Origin: Iphione sp. A-MEVVRFRX5 | Lineage: Eukaryota | NCBI GenBank assembly: GCA_976226885.1 | Contig: OZ320319.1 | Coordinates: 30,132,001 to 30,196,000, forward strand | Direction of reading: 5' to 3' | Length of the DNA stretch: 64,000 nucleotides | In this document: in pieces, positions 63,460 to 64,000 of the stretch | Layout of the letters: each line of letters starts with the position of its first letter | Numbering within the stretch: position 1 is the stretch's first letter | Translations under genes and position numbers: made by a program | The notes under the pieces: model-generated | Seen by the model: only the letters and a program-made list of their open reading frames with translations | Told to the model about the DNA's origin: nothing | Databases searched by the model: none

Positions 63460-64000
63460 ATTATCCCAGCATCCCAACGATATACATGATTCCAATTGTT
63501 GGTATTTCCCCCCAAATTGTATGTTAAATTTGCTTTTATGTTATTTAATTATAAAGGTAATTTTGTGAAGTAACTACCGACCCAGTAAAATAGGCACCAG
63601 GCCATTTGCATAACAAGTACATGTGTACATGCACACCGATCGCGTCCAATAAGATACTAGGCATGCACGATCAGTATCGGCCAGGGTTGCTGTAATGGAG
63701 TATCTTCCTGTGTGGATACACCTGGATCTGTAAAGGATTTTCGGGGGATCTTCTCTCAGCGTAGCGAAACAAATCCTCTATAAATTATCTGGACAGGTCA
63801 CAATCCCTGCCGCCGCCAACAGAGCTATATAGCGGTCGCCAGGCAGAGTGGGGACGACACTTACACATAAACACGGAGGTGAACCGAAAAACAATATCGT
63901 GTGAGAATACATATCATTGCTTTGGTTTTTCAATAGCATAGAGTCCCTGCGTGAAATATATTGGCAGTTTGAGCGGGTCAACCCCGCGTCCGTGTCAGAG

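Noticed and set aside
1-64000. Homeobox, HMG, forkhead or bHLH exon, and conserved miRNAs (let-7, miR-1, 7, 9, 10, 124, 133, 190, 193, 219 and others)
   Set aside because: Looked for by eye because of the regulatory-block appearance; only seed-length partial matches were seen and no domain signatures.

Overview
Eukaryotic (animal) genomic DNA, not prokaryotic. It shows GT-AG splice signals, microsatellites, a 140-N assembly gap and decayed eukaryotic transposons. Moderate GC and very frequent (T)ACATGT(A) fit a marine invertebrate such as amphioxus, which is my inference only. I found no intact protein-coding gene, rRNA, tRNA or CRISPR array, and almost all ORFs in the track look spurious. 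Four elements are well supported. (1) A decayed piggyBac transposase that carries a clean spliceosomal intron (~45.7-47.4 kb). (2) A Harbinger-type MITE family (GGCC/GGTC TIRs, 3-bp TTA/TCA TSDs); one copy contains a 936-bp insert with an 11-bp TSD and a Penelope GIY-YIG remnant. (3) A TA-flanked Tc1/pogo-type MITE. (4) An internally deleted Ty3/Gypsy element with a tRNA-Leu PBS and a degenerate two-finger C2H2 ORF after integrase (~51.0-54.8 kb). The rest looks like a gene-poor regulatory landscape: CpG-rich islands (notably 37.5-42.2 kb, 30.6-31.3 kb and 60.3-61.8 kb) and TF-site-rich blocks. These contain candidate first exons on opposite strands that would overlap head-to-head, plus a candidate recursive splice site. 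All gene-structure calls are hypotheses from splice-signal patterns, and the host gene could not be identified.
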